This document shows, piece by piece, positions 26,416 to 38,049 of a DNA stretch of 64,000 bases. The notes below the pieces were generated by a model. The model saw nothing but the letters and a program-made list of their open reading frames with translations. It had not been told where the DNA came from and did no database searches. Source of the DNA: Mobula hypostoma (Eukaryota); assembly GCF_963921235.1 (NCBI RefSeq), contig NC_086118.1, positions 26,724,001 through 26,788,000 of the forward strand, given 5' to 3'. Each line of letters begins with the position of its first letter. The first letter of the stretch is position 1. The translations under genes and the position numbers were made by a program.

Positions 26416-26879
26416 TATATCATAGAGAGTTGGAATTTTCTCCACATATTGTGGTTGTAATTTTATATATTATTTTAAGATACTATATATATTGATTGCA
26501 CTAATGTATAAATGCATGCATATTCCAAGACTGATATTTAATATTATTAAAATAAATTTATTGAGAAATAATCTTGGTGCAAATCAGTGAAATTTAATTC
26601 ATAACTGCCTCAGTCAGAACAGTTTCAGTCTGAATGACATCCTACATTACCTAAGTGTTAAAGAAAAGAATAAAGCATTTGCAATCATATACAGGCAGAA
26701 CTGTCAAGTGGACAGACAATCTTGGCTTTGTCTTGAGGTCGCCATCATTACAGAAGCCAGACTTGAGCAAATGTGATTCACTCCACATGATATCAAGAAA
26801 CAGATAAAAATATTGGAGGTTGCAAAGGCTATGGGGACTGACAACTTCCACCAGTAAGAACTGGTTGAAGAACTATATT

Positions 26880-27220
26880 TCAAAACTAACTGCAGAGAGT
26901 GGTATGGACAGCCCAGCTCATCTGTGGATGTGAACTTCCCTCCGTTGAGGACATTTACAGCAACAGGTGCATAAAGAGGGCCTAAGAAGATCATCAGGGA
27001 CACCAGTCACCTCAACCAGAACCTGTTTCAGCTGCTTCCATCTGGGATACGGTACCGAAGCATTAAGCCAGGACCAACATACTATGGGACAGCTTCTTTC
27101 TACAAACCAATAGACTTATAAATTCACATGTCTGTACACTGCGATGGAGTCATAATGCAAAGATTTTTACTCTCTCACGTTGTGGGACGGATGTAAGATT
27201 TAAATAAATTCAATTCAATC
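26880..27220 (+). mobile_element. Rex1/Babar 3' fragment
   Basis: gaagatcatcagggacaccagtcacc...cagcttcttt; aataaattcaattcaa tail. Confidence 0.75.
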
Positions 27221-27410
27221 CTAATTGCTAATAAAAGCCAAAATCATACATGAAATATAACTAAAAATTTTAAAAGAAACAGAAAATATCATGAGAAGTT
27301 GAAAATTATTAACGTGGAAATTTAGGAAACACTCTAAACCGCCTGGTTACATTATCCCATGATTAAAATTGCCAGATAATTATTTCATGGATATTTAGGA
27401 TTTTTCTTAC

Positions 27411-27522
27411 CAGTTACAAAGAAGTCACCGTTTGCTGTGATGTCCATTCCATTGATGGAACCAGATAAGGAGCCATCCAGCTCTCTGATAACTGATCCAT
27501 CAAATACTTCCCAATACCCAAT
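27411..27522 (-). CDS. CFAP52: CFAP52 penultimate coding exon
   Basis: TTTAAG acceptor, GTAAG donor; IGYWEVFDGSVIRELDGSLSGSINGMDITANGDFFVT; 112 bp. Confidence 0.95.
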
Positions 27523-27879
27523 CTTAAAATAAAAATAAATTGTAGCATTACATTGTTGAAATAATAGTTCATTAATATCATTTTGTTTTTGTTATAGTTA
27601 AATGACGATAAACTTGACTTAACTTTTGACTGTAAGTAATCCTTACATATAGTGAGTATTATCTTTCCACAAAACAGCATGTAATTTCCCATTGAAATAA
27701 CTAGCTGTCAGTTCTTATATAATAGTCTATTACATAAATTAGGATTATATTTCTTCCTATCACATGCAAGGATGTAATTTTATAACATCTTCTAACTGCA
27801 ATGGTAGTATGAAAGTCTCATTCTGATAGAACACAGTTTGATAAAATGGAAAATCATGTTCCTAAATTGATAAATTAGC

Positions 27880-28210
27880 TTATAATTGTCACATGTACCA
27901 AGGTACAGTGAAAAACTTGTCTTGCATACTGTCCATACAGACCAATTCATTACAATAGCACATTGAGGTAGTACAAGGTAATGTGATTTGAGAGTACAGA
28001 GTAAAATGTTACTGATACAAGGCAGGTGCAGTGCTGGTAGATAATAAGGTGCAAGGTCATAATGAGATAGATTAAGAGGTCAAGACTCCATCTTATTGTA
28101 TAAGGAAATCATTCAATAGTTTTATAATAGTGGAATAAATGTTGTCCTTGAGCTTGGTGCTACCTGCTTTCAGGCTTTTGTATCTTCTGTCTGATGGGAG
28201 AGAGGGAGGA
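27880..28210 (-). mobile_element. Old Rex1/Babar 3' fragment
   Basis: LPSDRRYKSLKAGSTKLKD in ORF 28093-28284. Confidence 0.65.
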
Positions 28211-28454
28211 ACTAAAATCATCTCAAAACCCATGGGAAAGAGTAGAGTAGAAGATAAGGGTAAAAGGATCTGGCTTTGCTCCATGAACTTTGTCTCTTTG
28301 ACCTACTGTCATGGTTTAATTTTAAGTACTGCTTTCATACTTGTTTATAATTTTGCTTCTTCCTTTGCCAATCTTTTTATCAAGCACTGTTCTCTCAGTA
28401 ACTTCCAAAATTTAGATCTGAAAGACCAGAATCTTGCACCAAAATTCAGATGAA

Positions 28455-29150
28455 TGATTCAAGACTTCATTAAGGAGATAAATTGGGGGCAGGATGTGTT
28501 GTAGTATGAGGGGTGTGTTCTCCCTAAAAGGACAAAAAGATATGGATAGGTTGAGTGAGTGGGCAAGAAGTTGGCAGATGGAGTATAGTGTGGGAACTGT
28601 GACATTATCTGCTTTAAAGGGAAGAATGTAAAAATAAAATATTGGTTAATGAAGTGATACCATAAAATCTTCTGGTACAAAGGCACCTAGGGCTTCTAAT
28701 AAAAGAGACACAAAAAGCATGCAAACACATAAGGTAATTGCAAAGGTCATAAAATGCTTATCTTTATTGCAAGGGTTGTGAATATAAACATAGAGAAGTT
28801 TTGATACATTTTTTAAGATTGAGGGGATTGGAAGGGTGCATGTGTAGAAAATATTTGAGCGGGGTTATCTAGAGCTTCAGAATATTGGATCACCCTTTTA
28901 GACAGGATGAGGAAGGATTTACTCTCTCAGTCAGAACCTTGTGTCTTTTTGGAAGTCTCCAGCAGACAGCTGTACTGTGGAGATGAAGTCATGGATTTTA
29001 TTTAAAGCAAAGACAGGAAGACTATAAGGTATAAGAGATGGGGAGAGAGTGTGAAAGTAGCATTGAAGCCAAGATTGGATTAGTCATGATTGTTTTGGCA
29101 GAACAGATTGTGGGGTCGACTGTTACAACCAGCTCCTGGTTTTATGTTTA
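28455..29150 (+). mobile_element. Old CR1-type LINE fragment
   Basis: ggataggttgagtgagtgggcaagaagttggcagatggagtata motif. Confidence 0.6.
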
Positions 29151-29729
29151 TTCTGAGGTAACACTGGCATAAATCAGTTACAACTGATTTTCTGTATGTA
29201 AAGCTGGAAGAATCCTGTACTCATTCCATTGCTTTACAGAAATACTCCAGGAAATTTTGAACCTGCAAATTTAGTTTTGTGATTAGAATAAAATTTACTT
29301 TTGCAAGGCATATAACATTGCTGTGTCCATATTATTTCTCCCAAATTGGTTGCTGAATGACACACCAACTAATTATAATCACATTTCGTATCTTAAATTT
29401 ATAGGCTGGGAGTGTCGTAGTTCAAGCACATCAGAAACAAATGTTCTGTGAAGCAGATAATTTGAATAAGCCAGGCATAACAAAAGAATCATTATGAACA
29501 CTCCCTTGCAAACGCATAAGTTATGAATTAAATATATGGAGGATTTAGGAGATTAATGATGACGATTTTAAGTAATTAACAGCTGAAAATGCAAACTGCA
29601 GTATTTCTTCAAATTAAATTGTAAATTCAATGATGTCACATGAACAACTAATGATTTTGTAAAGATACATAGAAACAAGACTATAACACTGTACTGATGG
29701 TACTTTGAGCAAGTTCCCTTCACAACAGC

Positions 29730-30260
29730 ATAAAAAGTAGAAGCAGCAACAGGCATGCCTGCTCTGTCATTATTACCTCCGTGCCATTTTCAGCCCTATC
29801 CCTACATTCCTTGATTCCTACAATATCCAAAATTTTTTTGATGTTTGCCTTGAATAGATGCAGTGAATTTAGCCACTGCAGTCTTTTAGGGGAGAGAATT
29901 CACAAAGATTCACTAATCTGTGGTTGAGGAAATATCCTTTTATCTCAATCTGAAATGGTTTCTCTTAATTTTAGGCGGTAGACCCTGGTTAGAGACACCC
30001 TACTTGGGGAAAGGCATCTCTGCAACTACTTTGTCAAATGCTTTATGTATTTTGTACTTCTCAATGAGATGATGTCACATTCTGCTATAGCTAAGATATT
30101 ACAGGCCCAGATGGTTCGGTATCTCTTCACAGGTAAATCTCTACATCCTAGGGATAATTGAGTGAACCTTCACTGCACTGCTTCTATCACAAATATATCC
30201 TTCCTTGGGTTGGGAGATCATACCTGTGCATAATATAGCAGATGTAGTCTCATAATGGGA
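29730..30260 (-). mobile_element. Old CR1-type LINE 3' fragment
   Basis: Degenerate reverse complement of the CR1 3' end. Confidence 0.55.
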
Positions 30261-30859
30261 CTAATGCATATATAGTTATTATGTTCATATGGATGTATGC
30301 GAGTAATTAACAAAGTGTGCACAAGGAGCTTACCTGCAAGTGGAGTGCAGCTCCACACAGATTTTTGGAATTTATTCTCACGTTCATATGCCCTTGAATT
30401 AGCTAGTGTGTATTGAAGGGTACCTCTATTTTTGATTTGGTGTCTGAAAGAGTCAACTGCTGCACACGAGATAATTGGGTGAAGTGAGGAAGAGTACAGG
30501 AATGTAGATTTCAGGGAACAGTAGCTGAGTAGCCTGCATCTTTTCTTATATCTTATGAAAACACCCTGGAAGAATTACTACGTGCATTGAATTCATTCAT
30601 ACAGATACCTCAATTCAGCGGAAAGCTTAACTATTGTGCATAGGTGAGGCACGGGTGATTTGGGATTGTCAGGAGATTGTAGGGTAGGATTCAGCTTAAA
30701 TGCACCAGAAATAATGCCATTTCATACATCCAATGTCAACTTGTGGAAATGAATCCCATTGCCAACTCAACACTTAACAAGCCCATCTGGCTGTAGATTG
30801 GAAGTCACCATGACACCTGCTTTGTAAGAGCAATATTTGTAGGAATTAGTATACTGTGT

Positions 30860-31450
30860 TCAGTGAGCAAAATGTGGTCTCACTGCTGGAGGAACAAAAT
30901 GCAGATTGGGTGACCAATTTGCAGAACACCTGCATATAATCTGAAGGAGTGACCCTGATTTCTTTCTGCTCTTGCGCAATATTATAATGAGACCCAACAT
31001 GTGGCTGTGAATAACACTTCACCTTATGTCTAGGCAAGGTACAGCCTTCTAGATTCAATACTGAATTCAAGAAGTTAAGTTAACTCACCTTCTCTGTTTG
31101 TATCAGAATAGGCCGACTCTGCTGAGAGTCATCAATCTGTAATATAGTTTCAGTGTTTCTCTTCATCAGCATGGCTTGGCCTGCTTAACATTCTCTACAG
31201 TTTTGCATTTCATGGGTTTAGTTTGTAGTTTTTCTTTGACTGTCCTCATCTCAGCCTCACCTTATTTAAGATGCACCCTCTGCACTATCCATCACTATTT
31301 TTGTAACTTAAAACTTGTTTTCTCAATTTCCCTATTTGAGTAAAGGATTTCCAGCCTGAAACATTAACTTCTTTATTCCTCAGAAGCTACCAGACCCACT
31401 CCAGATTTCCCGCATTTTGGTTTTAATTTCAGACTTCCAGCATCTGCAGT
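30860..31450 (+). mobile_element. Old Penelope-like 3' remnant
   Basis: Degenerate GIY-YIG-region DNA (gattgggtgaccaatttgcagaacacctgc) and ttccagcatctgcag tail. Confidence 0.55.
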
Positions 31451-32530
31451 TAATTAATTTTCATTTTAACAGTTTGCAAATGCTTCCTAGGACTGCAACT
31501 CATAAACCAAAGAGAACAGCAGTATTGGATAGAAAAACTGACATGCAAGTAAACACAGCAATTTTACAAATCTTTTCATAAGTGATCATGCCACTCTTAT
31601 CAAAGAGGCATTGAGAGATTGTTTTGAAATCTTAATTTAAAAATTATGTCAGATTTATGAATGTAAATGAAAACTGGGTTTGCAAATCCTGCTGCTGTCT
31701 TTCAAAAATCTGGAGATAACATCAACACAGGAAAGTCTTAGAAAAGAAGATTGTAGAATTTGGAAGGTGAACAACACCATAAAAGCTGGAAAAGTAGGAC
31801 CCTACTTTTCTGGATACCTAGCACTGCAGAAGAGAGGAAGCTTCAGCGGACAGAAGCAGGTTTCTGCTGTTCCAGCTGTTTATGGAGTTCTTCATCATCT
31901 GTGTTCTAGAGTCTTCTTTTATGAAAAGTTCTTGTGCTGATGTTATCTCCAGAGGCAACTTGTTCTATGTCTGTACAGCTGTCACAGCTGTATATACCTA
32001 GAATCAGTTGCCTCTATATATTTTAACATCAATGTTTCATGAGGATCAGAGAAGCAGAGCAGGTAATGGCAGTTAGTTACAGCCTTCTGGAACAAGACAT
32101 GCTGGCTATTCGACTTGATGGCCCCAGTCTGCTGGTGGCTGTCAAACTGACACCTGTCATCAAGCTAAGGATCTTGCAGTTGACTGCACACAAATGGATT
32201 GGAAACGTGACTGAGTTAAGGATTGTTTGCCACAGTTGGCAGAAACTTAGTTTGTTCTGAGAACTGTCAGACTGATAGAGTGCTCGGGTTTGTGATTCTG
32301 GCTGGCTTCCCATCAGTACAAAGTGTCATCAACTGCATATTAAGAAACTCCCACAGTGCCCATGAGTGTTCATCAGCTTTAAGTGCTTCCAATGCATCAT
32401 CTTGCACCTGGTCTGCAATCATAAGATGACATTTCTAAAATTCGTGTAAGTTTCCATAAGATTCCCAAGGAGTTGTCATGAACATGCAGCAGTCTATTCT
32501 TTCAGATACCAGATTAAAAATGGAGGTACC

Positions 32531-33140
32531 TGTACTGTATTTAATATTTTCAGAATATTTGAGTAACATTGTAAATATATTACTTGATTAAGAATTCTTT
32601 GTGTTTACATAATGAAATGGAGACACCTCTTTTTCCCTTATTAGGGTGAGAGAAAGCCTGTGGTATGTCGAATTACCAGGTGAACAAGCAGTCTTTGGGG
32701 TACTGCAAGTCTGTGTCTTTATTCATGCTTTGCTGCACACTTGAGTGCTCAGTGGAGGGCGCTGATGTTTTTTTGCTGGTGGAGGAGAGAGGGATCGTTG
32801 CTTTGCTGCTGCTTACACGTGGGAGGGGAGTGTTGAGGTGGCTTTGGGATCCTAACATTTAACTGTTATTCATTCCTTGGGGCACTCCTCTGTTTTTGTG
32901 GATGGTTGCAAAGAAACGAAAAAAAGGAATTTCAGGATGTATATTGTATACATTTCTCTGACATTACATGTACCTTTGAAACCTTATTATGGGTTATAGG
33001 TAAGAAGTACACGACTGGCATATGTCATTACGGCACCACATCATATTTGAGCACCTCATTAAAAGTAAAACTAAGTAGATACATTATCCCAATCCCTATG
33101 TTTTACTTTCAATTAGTTTCAGGAGCTACCAAACATAACA
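32531..33140 (+). mobile_element. Gypsy-type solo LTR interrupted by a non-coding retroposon (~32617-32981)
   Basis: TGT...ACATAACA ends similar to LTR 44364-44519. Confidence 0.65.
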
Positions 33141-34397
33141 GCATCCTTCAGTACATACCAGCTAATTCAATGGTATACGAGAGCAAGAATAAATTTCAGC
33201 ACTGTAGGAAAATGAGAAGGGAAATGCTCTGCTTGATGCATGAGAGCTTCCTTCTATGTTGTAATATACAAGTTGAGTGGTAGTAGTGGTATGCTGCTGA
33301 TACACAATAATACACCGCAGCAAGTGATGGACCTGCAGCAGACACCAATCCCACGAGCACTCTTCTTGCTGATGAGGACCGGGAGAGCAAAAAGGAGGAA
33401 GATAGTCAGGTATTGCAAGAGCAGTGGCAACACAAGTTGTCCCCACTATTGCAAGATTTATTCAACACAAAAATGCCTAATCCCCTTACTCTACACCTTA
33501 AAAATTGGTGTCAACAAATACTTTTAAAATTTAACACATAACACTGTATTTGCACTACTGTGTGTTGTGTGAATACAATTTTCTCTTCCTACTACGTTTA
33601 CGTTGTGCAACCTCTGTGGTTTCACAAGAAGCAGAGGGGTGCTGTACAGACTTCTACCCTGACTTCAGAGATCCTCTTGATTGTTATACACTATGTTCTG
33701 GAGTTCTGGGTGATACTGCTCAGAAACTGCTTCACCTACACTATGATAAGATGTCATTCAACTCAGGGGTAATGTAATGGGTTATTATTGTTCATAATAT
33801 AAACTGTTCTACATAATTCACAAACACCGTCATTGAGTTGTTGTGTTCACTTTAAGGGAGTGTCTAACATAATGATGTCAGTGTAAGGTGATTGTTTTTT
33901 GGTTTGTTCATACCCCAAAGAAAAGGTCTGCGGCTTTTGTTAAGTATATAAAATTATTCTCACATGGTTTATTAACAAAATCCTACATTGGTTACCGATG
34001 CTCTCAGGCAATTCCAGAATTACTCAACAACATATTGACCAGTGCAGTCGCTTTGAATCTGTTAAGAGTATTGGGAGCAGCATGCTACCACGTGGTTTGA
34101 CAGGTGGAAGCCCAGTTCATGCTGCGCATGATAAATATGCCACTCTGAAAACTCACCTATTACAATCTTCAGGACTTTCTGATTCTGAGCACGCCAAACA
34201 ATTGCTCTCTGTGCCTGGTCTGGGTGATGCTGGGCCTTCAGAACTAATGGACCACATGCAATCACCATCATTTTTTTTAAAGTACCCTTTATGCAACAAA
34301 TGCCTGATCAAGTTTGCACACTCCTCATTCATCACCTGTGAAGGACTATAGGGAGCTTGCTAAAATGGCCAATAGTCTACAATCAGCCAGGCAGACG

Positions 34398-36370
34398 ATC
34401 CTTTTCTGGCTGGCTGCCAGTGAGTAGTGGTGTTCCACAGGAGTGAGTGTTGGGACCGCTTCTTCTTACGCTGCATATCAATGATTTAGAGGATGGAATA
34501 GATGGCTTTGTTGCCAAGTTTGCAGATAATAAGAAGATTAGTGGAGGGGCAGGTAGTGCTAAGGAAACAGGTAGGCTGCAGAAGGATTGAGACAGATTAG
34601 GGAAACGGCGAGAGAGTAGCAAGTGAAATACAATGTTGCTCATGCACTTTGGTAGTAGATATAAATGTGCAGACTATTTTCTAAATGGAGAAAACAATCT
34701 CAAAATCTGAGATGCAAAGTGACTTAGGAGTCCTTGTGCAGAACACCCACAATATGCTGGAGGAACTCGGCAGGCCAGGCAGCATCTATGGGAAAAAGTA
34801 CGGTTGACATTTCAGGCCAAGGCCCTTTGGCAGGAATGGAGAAAAATGCAGAGGAGTAGATTTTAAAGGTGGGGGGAGGTGAGAGAGAGACACAAGGTGA
34901 TAGGTGAAACCTGAAGGGTGAGGGATGAAGTAAAAAGCTGGGAAGTTGATTGGTGAAAGAGATACAGGGCAGAAGAAGGGGAAGTACGATAGCAGAGGAC
35001 AGAAGGCCATGGAAGAAAGAAAAGGGGGGAGGAGCACCAGAGGGAGGCAATGGGCAGGCAAGGAGATAAGGTGAGAGGGGGGAAAGGGGATGGAGAATGG
35101 TGAAGAGAGGTGGGGGTGAGGCATTACCAGAAGTTTGAGAAATGAATGTTCATGCCATCAGGTTGGAGGCTACTCAGTCAGAATATAAGGTATTGTTCCT
35201 CGAACCCAAGTGTGGCCTCATTACGACAGCGGAGGAGGCCATAGATAGACATATCCGAATGGGAATGGGAAGTGAAATTAAATTTGGTGGCCACTGGGAG
35301 ATCCCACTTTTTCTGGCAGATGGAGCGTAGGTGCTTGGCGAAGCAGTCTCCCAATCTACGTTGGGTCTCACCGATATACAAGAGGCCACAGCGGGAGCAC
35401 CGGACATAGTAAATCAGCCCAACAGACTCACAGGTGAAGTGTCGACTCACCTGGAAAGTGTTTGGGGCCCTGAATGGTAGTGAGGGAGGAGATGTAGGGG
35501 CAGGTGTAGCACATGTTCCACTTGCAAGGATAAGTGCCGGGAGGGAGATCAGTGGGGAGGGATGAATAGACAAGGGAGTCACGTAGGGAGCGATCCCTGT
35601 TGAAAGCAGAAAGTTGCGGGCGGGGGAGGGAAAGATGTGCTTGGTGGTGGGATCCCATTGGAGATGGCACTTGCACATTCGACCATTTGCTGGTTGAGTT
35701 GGTGATGAGGAAGGCAAATGCAATGATTGCACTCATTTCAAGATGTCTAGAATACAAGGGTTGGGATGCAATGCTGAGGCTTTATAAGGCACTGGTGAGG
35801 CCTCACCTTGAGTATTGTGAACAGTTTTAGGCTTCTCATCAAAGAAAAGATGTGCTGGAATTGGAACGGGTACAGAGCAGGTTCACAAGGATAATTCTGA
35901 GAATGAAAGGGTTAACATACAAAGTATGTTTGATGGCTCTGGGTCTGTACTCACTGGACTTTAGAAGGATGAGGGGGGATCTCATGGAAACTTTTTGAAT
36001 GTTGAAAGGCCTAGGTAGAGTAAATGTGGAAAGGATGTTTCCAATGGCGGGGTAGTCTAGGACAACAGAGCACAGCCTCAGGATAGATGGTTGTCCATTT
36101 AAAACAGAGATGTGGAGAAATTTCTTTAGCCTGAGGATGATGAATTTGTGGAATTTGTTACCATAGGCTGCTGTGGAGGCCAGATCGTTAGGTGGATTTA
36201 AGGCAGAGCTTGATAGTTTCTTGATTGGACATGGCATCAAAGGGTATGGGGAGAAGGCTGGGAAGTGGGGCTGAGGAGGGGAAAAAGGATCAGCCATGAT
36301 TGAATGACAGTGCAGACTCAACGGGCCAAATGGCCTATTTCTACTCCTATGTCTTATGGTCTTAAGGTCT
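34398..36370 (+). mobile_element. CR1-type LINE 3' part nested in the Gypsy element
   Basis: SGVP-type motif, KFAD, LYKALVRPHLEYC, tcttatggtctt tail. Confidence 0.9.
34749..35680 (-). mobile_element. Penelope-like element fragment with GIY-YIG endonuclease, nested in CR1
   Basis: GLIYYVRCSRCGLLYIGETQRRLGDCFAKHL in ORF 35178-35732; purine-rich 3' region; decayed hammerhead near 34800-34835. Confidence 0.9.
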
Positions 36371-38049
36371 TGTGCTCTCCACTACATACCCCCTACATCA
36401 CAACATAACCAAGTGCATGTCAGCAGACCCCTGGATGAGCCAGAGGCACCTGTTTTTACTCCAACCAAGGCACATAAAACCCAAACCAGATGGCTCATAC
36501 AAGCTCCAGACAGACTCACAATGCCAGTTTTGGTGAATTCTTGGGGCGGGGGCGGGGAGGGCTTGTGTAGGGTAATGTAATGATTTATAGATGAACACAT
36601 ATTGTTCATAATAGAAACTATTCTACGTAATTCACAAACACCGTAATTGAGTTGTGTTCACTTTAAGAGACAGTCATGTAATGACGTCAATGAAACCCGG
36701 CTGCTTTTGGTTTGTTTTGTAATGGCAATAAAGAGCTATGGCTTTTGTTGAGCACGTTGAACGACATTCACATGTTTTGCTTACAAAAGCCTACACAACC
36801 ATCAGGGCTCAAGCAGCTTTTTAAAAAAATATATTCAGGCTCATGGGCATCATTGTCAAGACCAACAATTACTACACAACTCTAAAGCCCTTGAGAAGTT
36901 GGTTCTGAGCATCCTTCTTGAACTTCTGTATTGCTCTGGTGAAGCTGCTCTTATAATGCTACTGGATCTGAAAAATACTAGGTACTAGCTAAATGGGAGG
37001 AATTGAGGAGCGAAAGTTGGGGAAAAGGCTGTGTGCAAGAAGTGGACGCATGGTGATCACAGCCTCCACATCAATAAGCCATTTCAGCATCATCATCTAA
37101 AGAGAACCTGAATTTCCCTGCTATCAAGAAGTGTTTATGATTTTGCTCTACGTAAGTGAACCGCTGAATGGCCAAGGCTATGGTATCAAATATCCATTCA
37201 AGTGCCAATCATAGCATGCAATCTCCCAGGTCATGCACACACTTGTGTGATTCCAGCATTTGATTCTCAATGCAGTCACTCTCTCAAAGACCAGTGACAT
37301 CAAAATCACTTATGTTAACATCAGATCTTTCCAATTTCTCTGATAGCATTTTCAGTATGGTGACAACATCTGCCAGTGCTCCTCAGCTCTTCTGTTGTTA
37401 CTCTATAGGACAGCCTTCGAGGTACATCAGCCAAGCAGAGTATGAGTTGGATTTCACAGTTTCAGCTTCTGCTCTTATTCATTTGCAATTTGTGAATCAC
37501 TGTCTGTCTTGAAAACTAAGCTATCTTTCTTACTGAAGTATTTAAACTTGTGGAGAGTGGCAAGAATCTTGTGAGGGTAAATCTATAGAAAGACATATTG
37601 CAGTCCTATTCATGTCGACTGAGCTCAATCAGTAACTCCACCAAATCAATGCTCTATGAGAAACCCCACCTTCTCTGTTTTAAAACAAAAAGATTAGGAT
37701 AGCAAAGAAAATGGCAGGGTGTGGAATATTTAATAGCTTCAGCCAACAGATTTATTTGTTAATAAGTAGGAAAAGGCATTGAATACTAGTTTTGATAGAG
37801 TAATCTGATTTCAGCAGGGCACTAGCTACAGCTTTTTAGTTATAGAATTACACGTCATGAAAATAAGCCTTTCAGCCCAACTTGTACATGCTGACCAAGG
37901 TTCTCATTTATGCTGAACCCATTTGCCCACATTTGGCCCATACCTCTGAACTATTCCTATCCATATACTTGTTCAACCGTCTTTTAAAGACTGTTATTCT
38001 AGCTGTCCCTTTTGCACCACTTTGAAATAAGATTAACTACTTCAAAGTT

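Larger units (their letters stand above)
33763..36795 (+). mobile_element. Deleted Gypsy-type LTR retrotransposon with both LTRs (33763-33987, 36566-36795)
   Basis: Direct repeats ending CCTACA; PBS-like ttggttacc; G-rich PPT before 3' LTR; CAAC TSD; gag remnant DKYATLKTHLL...GLGDAGPSELMDHM. Confidence 0.85.

Noticed and set aside
27414..27692. ORF-track protein overlapping a CFAP52 exon
   Set aside because: Wrong frame; the true exon 27411-27522 reads IGYWEVFDG
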